DNA from: Fonticula alba ATCC 38817
Taxonomy: Eukaryota > Protista > Nucleariida
DNA length: 52,703 bases
NCBI GenBank assembly: GCA_000388065.2
Contig: KB932201.1
Reading direction: 5' to 3' (one strand)
Below the pieces are notes generated by a model. The model saw nothing but the letters and a program-made list of their open reading frames with translations. It did no database searches and was not told where the DNA came from. The position numbers and the translations under genes were made by a program. Positions 1-13,489 of the stretch are shown here, one piece after another. How positions within the stretch are numbered: position 1 is the stretch's first letter; every line of letters begins with the position of its first letter.

Positions 1-1564
1 GCGGGCGAGGGCGACGCGCGCTGAGCTTATCTCGCCACCAATTCCCCGCCCGAGTATGCCTGCGCTCTTTCCCCGGGATATGTTCTGTGTGTACCTAATA
101 AATAATATGGCCATTATTGCCCAGCCGCGCACGCCCCCCCCGAAGTCCAAGCGGGGTCCCGCGCGATCCCCGTTTGGCTGGGCACTTTTATCTGGGGTTC
201 CCTGGCGGGGTGGGGGCGCCCGACGAGGGCCACCCCTGGGGGAGAGGGGACAAGTGTCCCCCCACTGCCCGCGCGCGCGCGTTGCATCCCGGCAACCTGT
301 TTGTAAGCGCAAGTGAGCCGGAATAATGGGAGGCGTTGGCCAGGGCTGCACGGAGGGGGGGGGGGGGTGCCCACACCTGCCGAAACGCCAGTTCGCGTAC
401 ACAGGCCCCCCCCCCCCACACGCGCACAGTTTCATGGGGATGCCAGAGAATGTAGCACCACCCCACAGGCGGTATCGCTCCGAGGGGAACGCGCGTCCCG
501 GCGCTTCGGGGACCTTCCGCTATCCCGCGCCCCCCCCCCCCCCCCCCCCCCTTTGCCTCAATTACGCTTATCTCTTCGGGGACAGGGGTCCCCGCCGGGC
601 GCCCCCCGCGCTAGAAGCTCTCCCCATCGGTGTGGGCGCGTGTCGTTGGCTTCCTGCGCCCGAGCGACCGGGGGACCCATCGCGGCGGCCCTTGGGGTGC
701 GCCTCCCCGAACCCCCCGCCCCTCTCTCAGGGGGCGTTTCCGCGTCAAGGCGGGTGAGTGTACGGGCGCGCGGGAGGCGCGCAGGAGGGATGCTCGCACA
801 CCAGCGTCCGGCCGAGGTGCGGCGGCCAGGCGCCCCTCCCAGCCTCCGGCACTCCGGCCAACTTCCCAGAAGGCCTTCTCCGCCCCGCCCCGCCCCGCCC
901 CGCCCCTCCCCCTGGCCTGCTGCAAGTGCATCGGCCTGGGACTGTTACAGCCAAGGGTTGGCTTCACCCCCGGCCTTGTCCCCCCGGGGCCGGGCTCCCG
1001 CCCGCGCTCGTTCCCCGTTCAGGGAAGGAGCCGGGCATTTTTTTTCGGCCAGCCACCAGGGGCCCCGGGCCTGGACCCGGGGATGTCTGCTTTCGGGGAG
1101 CCCTCCCCCGAGCGTTGAGAGCACCAGGGGAAAGCACGAACGTCGGTGGGAACCCCAGGGTGACTCGCGCGTGGGGAGCTCCGTTCACCATGTCGGCTCC
1201 ACCGTGAGAGTCTCCGCCACAGGACGACACAATGGTCGAGCGACGCGATCCCGCTCGGAGCCAGCCGCATGCGTGCGCGCGCGCGCGCCCCCCCCCCCCC
1301 CTCTGCCCGGCCTTCGGGCCTCCCTGTGGCTGTAATCCACTTGCCTTTTCGGTCGGTCGGTCTCTCTCTCTCTCTCTCCCTCCTCCCCTCCCTCTCCGAC
1401 CCTCTCTGACCCTCTCTTCGTCATCCTCCCCGGCCCTCCTCGCCGGCCGCCCCGTTACCCATTCCTGCCTGGATGTCAGAGGGGGACCCAATGCATTTGC
1501 ATGCCCGTTCGGGCATGGCCACGAGGAAACGGGGGGCACCACCGGCCAGACGCTCACGACCCCC

Positions 1565-2312
1565 TTAATCCTGCTTCGGACCGGCGGGAGTGGCGGTGGC
1601 GCGCGGCTTGTTGCGAGAGGCCGACGCGGTGGCCGCCGCAATGCGCAGCCGGCAGGCGTCCACCGATGGGCAGGTCGGCGGCGGGGCCAGGCTCTGGGAG
1701 GCAGCCACACCGGCAGCCATGCCAGCCAGCACGCCAAGCATCAAGAAGGACACGGTCACAGCACGGTGCTGATCCAGAGAGGCCTTCAGATCGCTGACAA
1801 ATGTCTGGTACACACGGTGCAAGCGAACGCTCAGCGGCAGGGGAGGCGGAACCGGGGTTCCCTCAAACTCCTCAAAGCCCCCGGTAATGAAGTGGGAGAT
1901 GGATGCCACATTGCGCTGGCCCATAAAGCGGTAGTACTGGCCCTTGTGGAGGCTTTGGCCACCAGGGCCAGGGGAGGGAGGAGGGGGGGGGGGAGGAGAC
2001 ATGTCAGTTCGAGGGGGCGCCGAGGGCAGGGTGGAAGTCAACAGGGGGCAGCACGCACTGGATGAGAGCCGGGACGGAAGTGACATTGAAGCGGGCCTTG
2101 GTGTCTGTGGTTGGGTGTGTGCGGGTGAATAAAGCGGAGGGCGAAGAATAAGGGGGGGCAAAGCGGACCGCGGGAGCAGCCCGGCGGCCCGGCGCGTGAA
2201 CATACCGGGGGAAGCCGAGATATCAAGGCGACCAAAGTTCACCTCACCGAAGTGGCTGCGCATGTGTGAGGTTCGGTTTGCAGTCAGGAAGATGTTCACC
2301 TCCATGCACGGG

Positions 2313-2345
<33 letters not shown>

Positions 2346-3043
2346 GTGTGGCGATGGGAGGGGCGGTTCAGGCGTGAACTGTGTCGCGGAAAAGGCAAAG
2401 CGCACTTGTGGGACAGCTCCTCAAGGGTGGGCATGACGTTGAGGCAGTACGGGCACCAATCGGCATAGCTGGGGAGGTGGCGAGTCAGAGGACAGAGGCG
2501 CCAGAGGGAGGGAGGGAGGGAGGGAGGGAGGGAGAGAGACGAAGGCAGAGGGCGGAGCATGGAAATGGATCAAATCGTTGACGAAAGCCCGAGGGGAATG
2601 ACGCACAAGATGACAAACCAGTCGCCCGTGGTCGAGCCAGTGTACGCCTGAGTAAGGCTCTCGAAGTTCCCATCATCCAGGCTGACCATGCGGTTGACAA
2701 CCTCCGCGACACCGGCCGCCGCGTCCTCATTGTCGGCGTCAACCGCGGCGATGGCATCATCGTCAGCCCCGGCGACAGCATCGTCCTCCTCGTTGTCGGC
2801 GTCGCCGGTCACGACGGCGGCTTCAGCATGGCCATCCTCATCGTCGAGGTTGTCGGCCACGGCCACAGCGGCGGCAGCGACCTCGGCGGCGGCGGCATCG
2901 CCAGGCGTGGCGATGTCATTCTCCACCACGTCGGCCGTGGTGGCACCGGCGTCCGGGGCCGCAGCGGCAAGCACGCTGAAGAGCGCCAACAGAGCCACCA
3001 GCAGGAGGACAGCCCTGCGGGGGAGTGCAAGTCCGAGAGACAT
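1565..3043 (-). CDS. Thioredoxin-domain type I membrane protein (TMX/PDI-like): signal peptide, acidic region, WCPYC thioredoxin fold, C-terminal TM helix. Exons 3043-2607, 2468-2406, 2255-2206, 2104-2059, 1952-1565
   Basis: Manual splicing gives MSLGLALPRRAVLLLVALLALFSVLAAA (signal peptide), a D/E/A-rich stretch, then LDDGNFESLT...DWFVIFYADWCPYCLNVMPTLEEL...VNFGRLDISASPDTKARFNVTSVPALIHLHKGQYYRFMGQR (thioredoxin fold) and VTVSFLMLGVLAGMAAGVAA (TM). All four introns are GT..AG with consistent phases. Confidence 0.88.
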
Positions 3044-3060
3044 GACGGTTGATTCGGTGT

Positions 3061-3109
<49 letters not shown>

Positions 3110-4333
3110 NNNNNNNNNNNNNNNNNNNNNNNNNNNNNNNNNNNNNNNNNNNNNNNNNNNNNNNNNNNNNNNNNNNNNNNNNNNNNNNNNNNNNNNNNNN
3201 NNNNNNNNNNNNNNNNNNNNNNNNNNNNNNNNNNNNNNNNNNNNNNNNNNNNNNNNNNNNNNNNNNNGGGGGCGGCAGCGACGTAGGCGTGTGCGGACAG
3301 GGGAGGGGAGAGATAGCAAAAGGGGCAGCGGTAGCTGTGGGTGTGGGTGTGTGTATCCCACAGGCGGGGGCCTGTGGCTGGCCGCCTGCCGGCCGAAAAG
3401 ATGGCCGGGGCCGCGCTGACCGTCGCCCCTCGCCTCGGCCGTCAGGGCATGGGCCGGGCGAAGATTGCGCCGGAGCATGCCCCCAGGCGCTAGTCAGCCC
3501 AAGCACATATGCTGTCTGCCGTTGGCAGTCCCGAGGCCTACTGCTTCATTGTCACCTGGGGAGCACCGCGCATCCGGCTGCCCGCGGGGCCCCGAGGCGT
3601 GCGCACGCATGCATGCGTGTGGCAAGCGCGACGAGAGGAGGCCCATCAAACTCCGAAGGTGCCAGAAGTGCCCTTCCGCGGGCATGCCAGCCTTCCGCGG
3701 CCAGCAGGCCCACCACATGTGTTTTTCGTGTCCCGCCCGGCCCGGCAAGGGCGGGGCGCGCGCGGGGGGGGGGGGGGGGGGGGCACACGGGGGGGGTCCG
3801 GCGGGGGGGGGGCGGTTCCCGCCCGAAGAGGAAGGCGGCTGGTGCACGGAGGCGGGGGGCCTGAGGAGCGCCTGCCTGGAGCGGGGCTTCCGAACAGCCG
3901 GGGGCGGGCTCGGATCGCGCCCGGCCCTGGCCCCCTCGACCCGGGCAGGCGGACGGCACACACCGGGTCCTCGGACGGGTGCGATGACTCCGGGCAAGGG
4001 CGGCTGACCATTTGCCCGTGCCTCGTGCCGCGTCGCCGACGATGCCTGTCGAGGGCCGGTCCGCATGGGGCGACGTAGGCCCTGGCTGTGCGGGGCACCC
4101 CCCCCCCCCCCTCCCCCTTGCCCCCTCCAGGCCGGGCCTTTTGCGACACCCCCCATCTTCTCGGCTCCCCGGGCCGCTTTCGACACCCTCTCCCATACGA
4201 ACCTACCACTCACCATCTCCGCTCTGTCTACCTCCTTCTTTCCCCTCCTTCTTCGTCCCCTCCTTTCCCTTTCCTTGCCTTCCCCCTCCCCTTCACCCCT
4301 CCCCCTTCACCACGCCACCCCACCGTAGCAGCC

Positions 4334-7128
4334 ATGTTTAGTGCGCTGAAAGGCAACTCCTCCAGCGACAAGAACGATGCCAACTTCGGTCTGGACTCCT
4401 TCGAGAAGGCCACCGAGTCGCTGAAGTGCGTTCCCTCTCGGCGTCTCGCTCCGCTGTTCCCCTCCCCCCCCNNNNNNNNNNNNNNNNNNNNNNNNNNNNN
4501 NNNNNNNNNNNNNNNNNNNNNNNNNNNNNNNNNNGGACGATGGCCAACTCCAAGTACTCGGGGCCCCTCTCGGAGCTGTACCAGGAGACCATCATCACCA
4601 AGTCCGCGGAGGAGGCACTCATGATTGACCAGCAGCGAGTGCAAATGGCGGCGGCCGACGTCCAGGGAATTCCCCGCGTGCATGAGCAGCACCGGAAGTC
4701 GCTGGAGATCGGCACCGAGGCCTATGCGCAGGCGCTGCAGCGCGAGAACCAGCTGGAGGAGCAGCACCTCCAGAATCGCATTGCCTCCGAGCGTGCGCTG
4801 GCCCTTGAGCGCCTTCGTCGGGAGGAGCATTCGGCCCAGCGGCAGGAGGACCTCCGCCGTCGGACGCTGCAGCACGAGCAGGAGCTCTACCGCGAAACCG
4901 AGATGCAGAAGGTGGCCGCCGAGACGCAGGGCCGCATCATGCAGGAGCGTGTCAATGAGGACCTTCACCGGGATCTGATGTTGCTGGAGCAGCGCGAGCG
5001 TCGTGAGACCGAGTCCAAGCTCATGCGGCAGAAGATCACCGACATTGCGGACGAGGCGTTCGACTTTCTGTCGGATCCCCGGCGCACGACCAACCTGGTG
5101 GTCGGTGTGACGGCCGTCCTGGCCCTGGTGTTTGCCACCCGGGCCTCCATGTCGGTGGTCAGCAGTGTCATTGTCAAGCGCATGAACACCCCGGCCCTGG
5201 TGCGGGACAGCAGCCGCTCGTCGCTGCTGTCGCTGCTGAAGCCACGCCAGGAGGGTGCTCCCAAGGTGTCGCTGCTGTCTCGCGCGCTGGTACGCATGCA
5301 AATCTGCCCCCGCCCCCGCCCCCCCCTGCCCTTGCTCTTGTTCGCCGCCCGCCCGCTCGCCCATCCACCCCTCGACATATCGTCCATTCCTTCTTTTTAA
5401 GTGTCCATGCGTCTCACCTCTTCGCTTCCCGCCCCCCCCCCCCCCCGCCCCCCCCCGTCAGGAAGAGTTACCCACGGACCCTTCCAGGCCATCCGGCGAC
5501 ACCTGCACTCCAAGCCTCTCTCTCTCTGCCCCTCTCTCTCGCTCTCTCGAGCCCGCTCGTCACTATCAGGCTTGGCTTTTCTTTCCCCCTCCCCTCTGAC
5601 CATCCTTCCCCCCCCCCCCCCCCCCCCCCCCCCAGAACACCATGCGCGGGCAGACTGCCTCGCCGCTGAGTCTGACGGCTCCGGTGCTGAATGAAAGCGA
5701 GCGCGAGCGCCTGTCGGTGCTGAGCGTGGCCACGCGCAACAGCCGGAAGAATGCGTGCGTCATGAAGGCCTCTGTCTCTCTCTCTCTCTCTGTCTTCCCC
5801 TCTGTCCCCTTGATGTCCCGATTCCCGGTTCCTCAATGCGTTCTTTCAGCGTGTCTGACTCTTCCTTGCTCTGCCTTCTGCACCTCTCGATCGCCCGCAG
5901 TGCCCCTCTGCGGAATGTCCTGCTTTACGGCCCTCCGGGTACCGGTAAGACCATGTTTGCCAAGGATCTGGCCAAAAATAGTACGTTGTCCTCGGCGAAC
6001 AGCTCCCATGGCTGGCACCACCCTTCCATGCCGCATCCTGGTTGTGCACTTAGCTCACTCCTCTGTTATCTATGGCCCTTGCACGCACGCACGCACACGC
6101 ACACACTCACTCACTCACTCACTCACTCACTCACTCACACACACACGCGACAACAGCTGGCATGGACTATGCCATCATCGCCGGTGGTGACATCCTCCCC
6201 CTCGGCGGGCAGGCGGTCACCGAGCTGCATGATCTCTTTGCCTGGGCTGATCGGTCGAAGAAGGGGACCATCATTTTCATTGATGAGGCCGAAGGTGCGC
6301 CGGGTCATGCATTCCTCCTCATGGTCCCCACATTTCCATCGCCCATTTCTGACCCTCCTCTCCGGCCGACGGGCTGACCTGCCATCCCCCGCCACCGCCA
6401 CCGCCACCGCCACCAGCTTTCCTTCGCCGGCGTGATACCAACACCGCCTCGGAGGATGTGCGCGCCGCGCTAAACACCACCCTTGCGCTGACCGGCGAGA
6501 ATAGTCAGCGTCACATGTTGATCCTGGCCACCAACCAGCCCAGCCAACTGGATGCGGCCATCCTTGACCGCATGGATGAGCTGGTGCACTTCGACCTGCC
6601 CGAGGAGCAGGCGCGTCGGGAGATCTTCGACCGGTACTATCGGATGTATGTGACCGAGGCGCACACCAACAACTTCCGCGTGCAGCCCATTCCCAAGGGG
6701 AAGCTCCCCCGGCCGATCGACACCTCGGGTATGTATTTCGTCATGTCATGGCGCCTCTTTCCCTGTGCCTCCTTCTTGCTCTTTCCCCCCCCTTCCCTCA
6801 TCCCTCACACACCCGGATGCACCCCCCCCCCCCCTCCGTACCGCTCGGCCCAGAAATCATCCCCGAGATGCGCGAGCTCATGCTGGCCCATCTGACCGGG
6901 CTGTCGGGTCGTGCTATCTCCAAGTTCTGCTCTACCCTCCAGGCGCGGGCGTATGCCACCCCTGGCAACAAGCTGACCCGGGCCGCGGTCGAGGAGGTGC
7001 TGGATCACCTCAACGAGCAGGAGGGCCGGAAGCTGGACTGGGGCATTGGCGAGGAGAGTGACGTCGCCACTGGTGGCGTTGCCGCCGCCCCTCCGGCGAA
7101 TGCCAACTCCACCGGCAACACGGCCTAA
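4334..7128 (+). CDS. ATAD3: ATPase family AAA domain-containing protein 3 (mitochondrial). Exons 4334-4425, 4536-5289, 5636-5754, 5901-5980, 6157-6294, 6417-6728, 6854-7128
   Basis: N-terminal FGLDSFEKATESLK followed by a long coiled-coil and a hydrophobic segment (LVVGVTAVLALVFAT); [26 protein letters not shown] (Walker A), GMDYAIIAGGDILPLG, IIFIDEAEAFLRRR (Walker B), LATNQP, AILDRMDE. Splice phases all consistent. Intron 1 contains an N-gap, so the exon 2 acceptor is inferred. Confidence 0.93.
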
Positions 7129-7153
7129 GAGAGCCTCCGGAGCCTTGGGCGCG

Positions 7154-7184
<31 letters not shown>

Positions 7185-10100
7185 GGCCCTCCCCCCCTGC
7201 CCTCGCCTCTTTTTGTCCACTGCGTTCATCCCTCCCCTTTGCATCCCCCCTTCCCCTCCCCCTCTCCCCCTGCCACATACTCCCCCCCCGGGAGAGGAGG
7301 GCGAGTTTGTGGGATCACGCGCCGGCGGCCGGGCGTTCTCTCCTCCGCAGGCGTCCACGCATGCGCACTCGTCTCTACCCCCCCCCCCGCACACAATTTA
7401 TAGATCCTTCTACTACTTCCCTTCCAATGTGTTCTGTGTTTGTCTTCCTGTCCACGGGGCATTGCCAGGCGTTCCGTCCGCTGAAGCTCGGTTGTTTCCT
7501 GCTCTCTCTCTCTCTCTCTCTCTCGTCCTGTGTCTTTTTCTCCTGAGAGCCCCCCCCCCGGGCGCGAGGATGGGGAGGAGTGGTCAGGCCATGCGGACGT
7601 AACTGTGAGTGGGTTAACATTAGAGACGATCTAGGTCACGCTCGCCAGAACGTCATTTAGGGGTGGTCCGGATGGCTTGGCTTCCATCGTTTGCTCGTTG
7701 GCTCGCCGTTGGCTGTCTGGTCCCTGCCAGTTTCTCTTCCGCCGTGGGCGGGCTAGGATGCGCGCGCACGCGGGATATGCGGGGAACCATAGCCAGGGCG
7801 AGAGAGAAATGGCCCGCGTTTGCCCCTTGGAAGGGGGAGGGGGGCCGGATCAGGGCGGCCTCCGCGGGGGGTTCCCGCACAGGTGAGAGCGGTCCTCCTG
7901 CTTGGTTTCTCTCTCTCTCTCTCTCTTGGTCCCGTCATTTGAAAAGGGGACAAGGGGAGCAGGAATGTCCATCGTCGCGTACCTCGGTGCGTCCTCGCGC
8001 GGCATCTTCTTTCCGGGGCGCAGGGACACGGGCTCTGGGATGAGACTAGGTGCCCCTGGACTCCCCAACCAGAGAGGCCGCCGGGTCCTCGAGACTCTCC
8101 ACTCACTTGCCGGCCCCCTGTCGTGTGCGTGTCTCTCTCTCTCTCTCTTTCTCTCTCCAACTGAGGGGAGCCTGTTGTGCCGCTGGCCGTGTGGGTTTCC
8201 AAGTCTGGGCATGGCCACAACAGTTGCATCCTCGCACGGAGGTGGAGCATGGGCGCGGCCATTTGAACGTTCACGCAGAGAACGTTGCGACAGGGGGCGG
8301 ACGCCCTCCTGATGTGAGACAACTTCCCCCCCCCCCCCCCCGTTCCTCGGCTTGGGGCTTTCTACATGATTTGCCAGCGCCCAGGCTACCGGGCCGAAGT
8401 GGCAACAATGTGCATTCCGGTGCCTCCGCACGTCTGCGCCAGTGCCTCCTGTGCGAGCGGGGTGGGGGGGGCGCCGCCTACGTGCCAAGTCCGGAGTGGC
8501 CTGCGGGCGGAGCCTGCGCCGGGAGCCCATCGCAGGCAGGATGGCTGGAGTTGCCTGTGAGACCCATGGATGCACTTGGGCACGGCTCGGTGAGCCATCT
8601 CCAATCAAGGGGATTCGTCCGGTTGTCCTTGGCCGGGCGTCGGGCCGGTCGCCCAGGAGGTGCGGCGCGGCCGGATTGCCTCCCGGCGGCCGGTGCCAAG
8701 AAGGGCGAGCCCTAGACACCCGGCGAGGGCTCTTGCACCTGGCGGGCGCGGGACGGATCCGCCCCGCGCCCTCGGCGAAAGAGAGGAAGCCGTGCCGGCA
8801 GGCGGGCCGGTTTTCGCGACACCCCTCCCCCTGCCCCCGGGAGTCGCGGGTCATCGCAAGCCACCGACGGTCCGTGGCGGGGGAGGGGGCTTGACAGTTT
8901 CCGGGCGAAGTGGCATGCCAAGCGTGACGGCGAGGAGGGAACACACCCGGACAAGGGCTGCCCCATGTGTGAGGCCATGCGCTCTGCCCCGGTTCCTGCC
9001 ATGGAACAATGTGCTGAGGGCTTTGCTCATGGCGCGGCTGGGCCGCCTGTGTCGTCGCCCCCTGCCCCTCTGCCCCCCCCCCCCCCCCCCCCCGGGGTGT
9101 GTGTGAGTGTGGGTGTGTGAGTGGGACCAAACGCCCGTCGGCTGCCCCTCTTTGCGGCCGGGGCTGTTTGTGAGCGCCTCCTCCGTCCCCTGGGCGAAGG
9201 AGATCTGCCCCTCCGCAGGGGGGGGGGGGGGGGGGGGGGGGGGGGAGGGGGGGGGCGGGCCGGTCCGGCGACCGGCTCTGGCGGCTTGGGCTATGAAGGT
9301 CCCTTCGGGCGAGGCCTTGGGGCGGCGGGGACCGCCACCAGCTGCAGGGCATGACCCCTTTTTTGTTCTTTCTCGAAGTCATCTGGCCGAGTGGACACCC
9401 CTCCCGATGGTGTGCTGGGGCCGGGCATTGATCTTGACATGCACCGGCCTGGGGACATTGGCCGGGGCGGGCCCCGCATTCCTGACCACAGCCCCCTGCC
9501 GGCCCACCTGGAGGCACATAGCAGGAAGGCAGGCAGGAGGAGAGGCGGCGCGAGGGCGGGGAGAATGTATGTTCTCGTGCTCGGCGTGCTCCCCCTGTGT
9601 GGGCGCACGCACGCGCATGTGTGCGTGTGTGTGCGCCGATGCCCACTTGGAACTGCCCATATCCGCGGGGCATATGGCAAGTGCAGCCATCATCACCAGG
9701 GGCATATGTGCTTGCTTTTTGCCTGGGTGGATGAGTTCGCGCGAAGGCAGGGCCTGGGGGACGACGTCGAAAGCGAACGCCCCCCCCCCCCCCCCCCGCC
9801 TCCGGCCGGTCGCTGACTCAGGTTGTCGGGGCCGAGGTGTCGGTAGGTGCCCGCCTGTGGGCAATGTTTGTCACGAACAAGCAGGCGAGCCGGCCAGGAA
9901 TGCGACATCTCAGCCCAGCCAACGGGGCACACATCGGCTGCCGGTGTTGTTTTTTTTTGTTTTTTTTCGCCCCCGCGAGCCGGGCAGCCGGGGCTCACCG
10001 CGGTCCAGGGTGAGGGGCCGCGCCGGAGCTCCGTTCGTGGGGAAGGGAGATGGGCGTGCCAGGTGGCGGGAGTGCTGGCTCACCACTGGCGGGGGTATCA

Positions 10101-13100
10101 GCGATGACAGGTCTCAGGGGTGAGGCGCGTTCCGTGGGGCAAGGGGGTGTGGGGGTGGCGGGGCGATCGCGAGGAGCCGCCCGGACGAGGAGCCGGGCGC
10201 ACTCACGCCCTGCGTCGAAGTCTGGCCGCTGACCAGCTTGCCGGCCTGGCCGAAGGATGCCCTTCCGGTCTGTGCGGGCCTGGTCGGCGGGGTTGCGGCG
10301 GTGGGCGCGCACACGCGCATGATGGGCCGGAAGCGGGCGCTTGCGCGTGGAGGCGGCCAGCGCGGCCAGCCCCTTGGACCGCTGGCCCCGACAGGGCGTC
10401 GGGGTGAGCAAGCGCCGGAGGCCAGGAAGGGGCGGGCGAGGGGCGCGGCCATGCTCTCTCTCTCGCGCGCGCACGCGCGCGCGCCCACCGGTGGGCTAGA
10501 GTCCCGATCTCCGCCCGGTCCGGAGGTTGACGGGGGCGGGGGGGCGGGGGGGCGGAGGAGGCTAGTGATTAACCGCTGGCGAGGGATGTCGTCCCCGGAC
10601 CCAGACCGCTGGCGGGACGCCGGAGCAGGTGGGAAAGTGCACCCAAGCGCGGGGAGGCCGACCTCCGGTGGGATGGCCGATTCCCAGCGGCCCCGATGTC
10701 GGCAGGGTCTGCCGGGGACTGTGTGGGAACGGGGCCGTGTGGGAAACATGTGCCGTACCCTGGGTCCTGGGAAAAAAGTTCGTTCCGAAGACCGTTGCGC
10801 GGCGTCGGCCTGGGGTGGCGTCGACCGGCGAACGGCGGCGCCGCGGTGGGCGGCGGTCTCGGCGCCGGCGGGCGAGCAAGAGCCGCCGGCTTGCCCGCCT
10901 CCGGGCCGGCGTGGCGTCGCCCTCTTGGGCGGCCGCGCGTGAGCTCATTTGCGCGCATATTATGGGGCATTTCGCCGAGGCAATCGTGCCCGGGCGTCTT
11001 CCACGGAAAGGAAGGTCGGCCCGATGTTCGAGGGTCCAAACTATCGGCAGCATCGGGGGAGGGGGGGCGGGGGGGCGGGGGGGCGGGGGGGCGGGGAACG
11101 GCAGGACGGGACAGCAACCACCGGCGGCGGGCCGGCGGACGCCACATTTGGCTGGCCCGGTGTGGGTGGCCCGCTTGTGCCCGGGCCAGGCGGCCGCGGA
11201 TCGGCGGCGCCCTCATGGCCGCAAATAATAACAGCGGCTGCTAATAACAACAACAACAGCAGCCGGACCGTGCCCCCCTCCTCCCCCCCCCCCGTGTCGC
11301 CAGTCGCCTCCCCACCTGCTTTCACCCGTGTGGGCCGGGATGTGGGCCACCCGGAACGACCTTTCGCGGGCGCACAGGATCGAGAGGAAAGCGGGCGAGA
11401 GAGAGGAGGAGGGGGGGGGGGGCATCGTGCTATCTCTCGGTGGCAGGGCAGGAGGGGTATGTTCGCCAGGTTTGCTCGGTTGCCCTGGCCCCTGGGTGAT
11501 GGCTCACTGACGAACCCACGAGCGCCTTCTTCCCCTCTCGGCGCCGAGGGCCGCCCAGCCGAACAGCCGGTCGTGTCCTCGCCTGCCCAGCACCTGCGAC
11601 GCCTCGGCGATGAGTGACCCCTCCCCCCGGGCGCGTGCATGTGCGTGTGCATGTGTGCGCCTCTATGAGTGAGCGTCTGCGCATGTGCCCGGTGTGTGTG
11701 TGTGTGTGTGTGTGGCGCAAGCGGCTCGGCTCCCGGCCGGCGAGCTGTTCGCCCCCCCCCTCGCCCGGTGTTCCTTGTGTACCGGCGTGAGCGCCCGGCT
11801 GTACGGCCTCTACCTGCCTCATCGAGGAAGCCGGCCCGCGCTTCCGATCGGGCGCCACCGGGCACGGCTGCCAGCCGGAACGCGTGAGGTGCCATGCTCA
11901 GGGGGGGGGGGGGGCGGGCAGGGAGCGGGAGTATGCCCGGAGGGGCGCACCTCTATCGGTATCCCAGGCGGCGCGCGCTCTCCCCCCCCCCCCTGAGCTC
12001 GGGGTGCCTGGCCCGCCTTCCAGCGTGTGGAGGGCTGACTCATGCCTCCCCCCTCTGATCGAGTTCCTCTTCGCGAATAAGACAGGGGCTAGAAGGCGGG
12101 GATGTTGCGCTAGCCCCTTCAACCGGGGCATGGCCGCGCCGAACGTTTACTCCTGGTGGATGAATAATCTCCCCGCCCCCTTCCTGCAAGAGTTGCCAGT
12201 TGGCCCTTCGCCAGCCGGCTCCCCTTTCCCCCTTCCCCGGGGGGACGGGGGGGGGGGACGGGCAGGAAAGAAGCAAAGAAGGCGGCGAGGCTGTGCGGGC
12301 TTCGGCGCCTGGAAAGGGCGTGCGATTGCGGGGAACTTTCGCGCACATGCGCGAGGCGGCCGGTGTCACTCATCGGCCTCGCCGCCAGGCGGCCGGGCGA
12401 GCACCTTCACTGCCCCCCTTCCCCTGGCGCAAGATTTGTATTACGCAGCCAAGGCGAACGTCTCCTGTCGGGATGATCGGGCATTCGTGCGGTCCGCCCA
12501 GATGCCCCGGCCGGGGGGTCACCAAGGCCAGGAGGCTTCCTCTGGGGCTCAAACAATTCGCCCTCCGCCTCGGCCCTCGGGTGGCGCCGAGCCAACAGCG
12601 CGTGCTTTCCCGGTTTCCGGGTTCCCCACTGGGGTGAATTGCCGGGCCGCCGCGTGAGCCATTCTGACTCGCCCGTGAGTAAGGGTGCCCGGGTGTCGTG
12701 CTAGCATGTCGCGCCTCCCGGGTGCGACTTGGAGCGCCTGCCCGCGCGCGTGCGAGAGAGAGAGAGACACACACACAGGGAGAGGGAGAGGGAGAGAGAG
12801 AGAGACGGAGAATGCCCCCTCCCCCCTCCGACCGTTCCCTGGCGACCGGTGGTCAGTCCGTCTGCCAGTCACTGAAACATTGTCCGGCGACGGTGGGAGC
12901 GTATGGATCTTCCCAGCCAGCCAGCTTGAATGTCTCACTCGAATTGGTATAATGTTGGGAATAATTATCCAGCCATTGCCACTTCCAGCAGGCAGTTCGG
13001 TGGCCCGAGATCTAGCACGCCCCCTCCCCCCGCCTGTGCTCCGGTGGCGCAGCCAGCCGCCGGGGGTGTCCCCCTGTCAGTCTCAGCGGTGATGTGGGAG

Positions 13101-13306
13101 GGGGGGGGGGAGGGAGGGGGGGCCGGGCGCGGTGTCGACAATCATCACCAATTTACCTGCTCCATGCCGGGGCCGTAGCCTCTGCCGGCTCGGCTCCTGG
13201 GCGCGCTCGCCTCTTGCGAGCCGCATGGGCCTCATGGCCGCATGCGACGGCGGATCTGGGGCCTTGCATGGCCCCGGCGGGCCCGGAGGCGTGGTCGTGG
13301 TGACAC

Positions 13307-13339
13307 GGCGGTGGCGGTGGCGGTGGCGGTGGCGGTGGC

Positions 13340-13371
<32 letters not shown>

Positions 13372-13376
13372 TGGCG
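13307..13376. repeat. (GGTGGC)n hexanucleotide microsatellite upstream of the micropeptide TATA box
   Basis: About 11 near-perfect ggcggt units read directly. Confidence 0.9.
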
Positions 13377-13489
13377 GGCGTGGCCGGCCTGCCGGCCTGC
13401 GGGTACAGGGCACCACATATCGCCTCCTCGCCTCGCCGGGGCCCCTCTCGCCGAGCCGCTCCCTCCCGGCTGGCGGGGAGGGGGGGGGG

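Noticed and set aside
1-1564. Many overlapping 60-340 aa ORFs here and throughout the intergenic regions (for example 7850-9673, 10120-11895, 42733-47821)
   Set aside because: Pro/Arg/Gly/Ala-rich translations on all six frames with no motifs; expected by chance in DNA this GC-rich.
5462-5520. Possible extra ATAD3 exon (CAG|GAAGAGTTACCC...)
   Set aside because: No matching donor follows, and exon 2 splices in frame directly to 5636.
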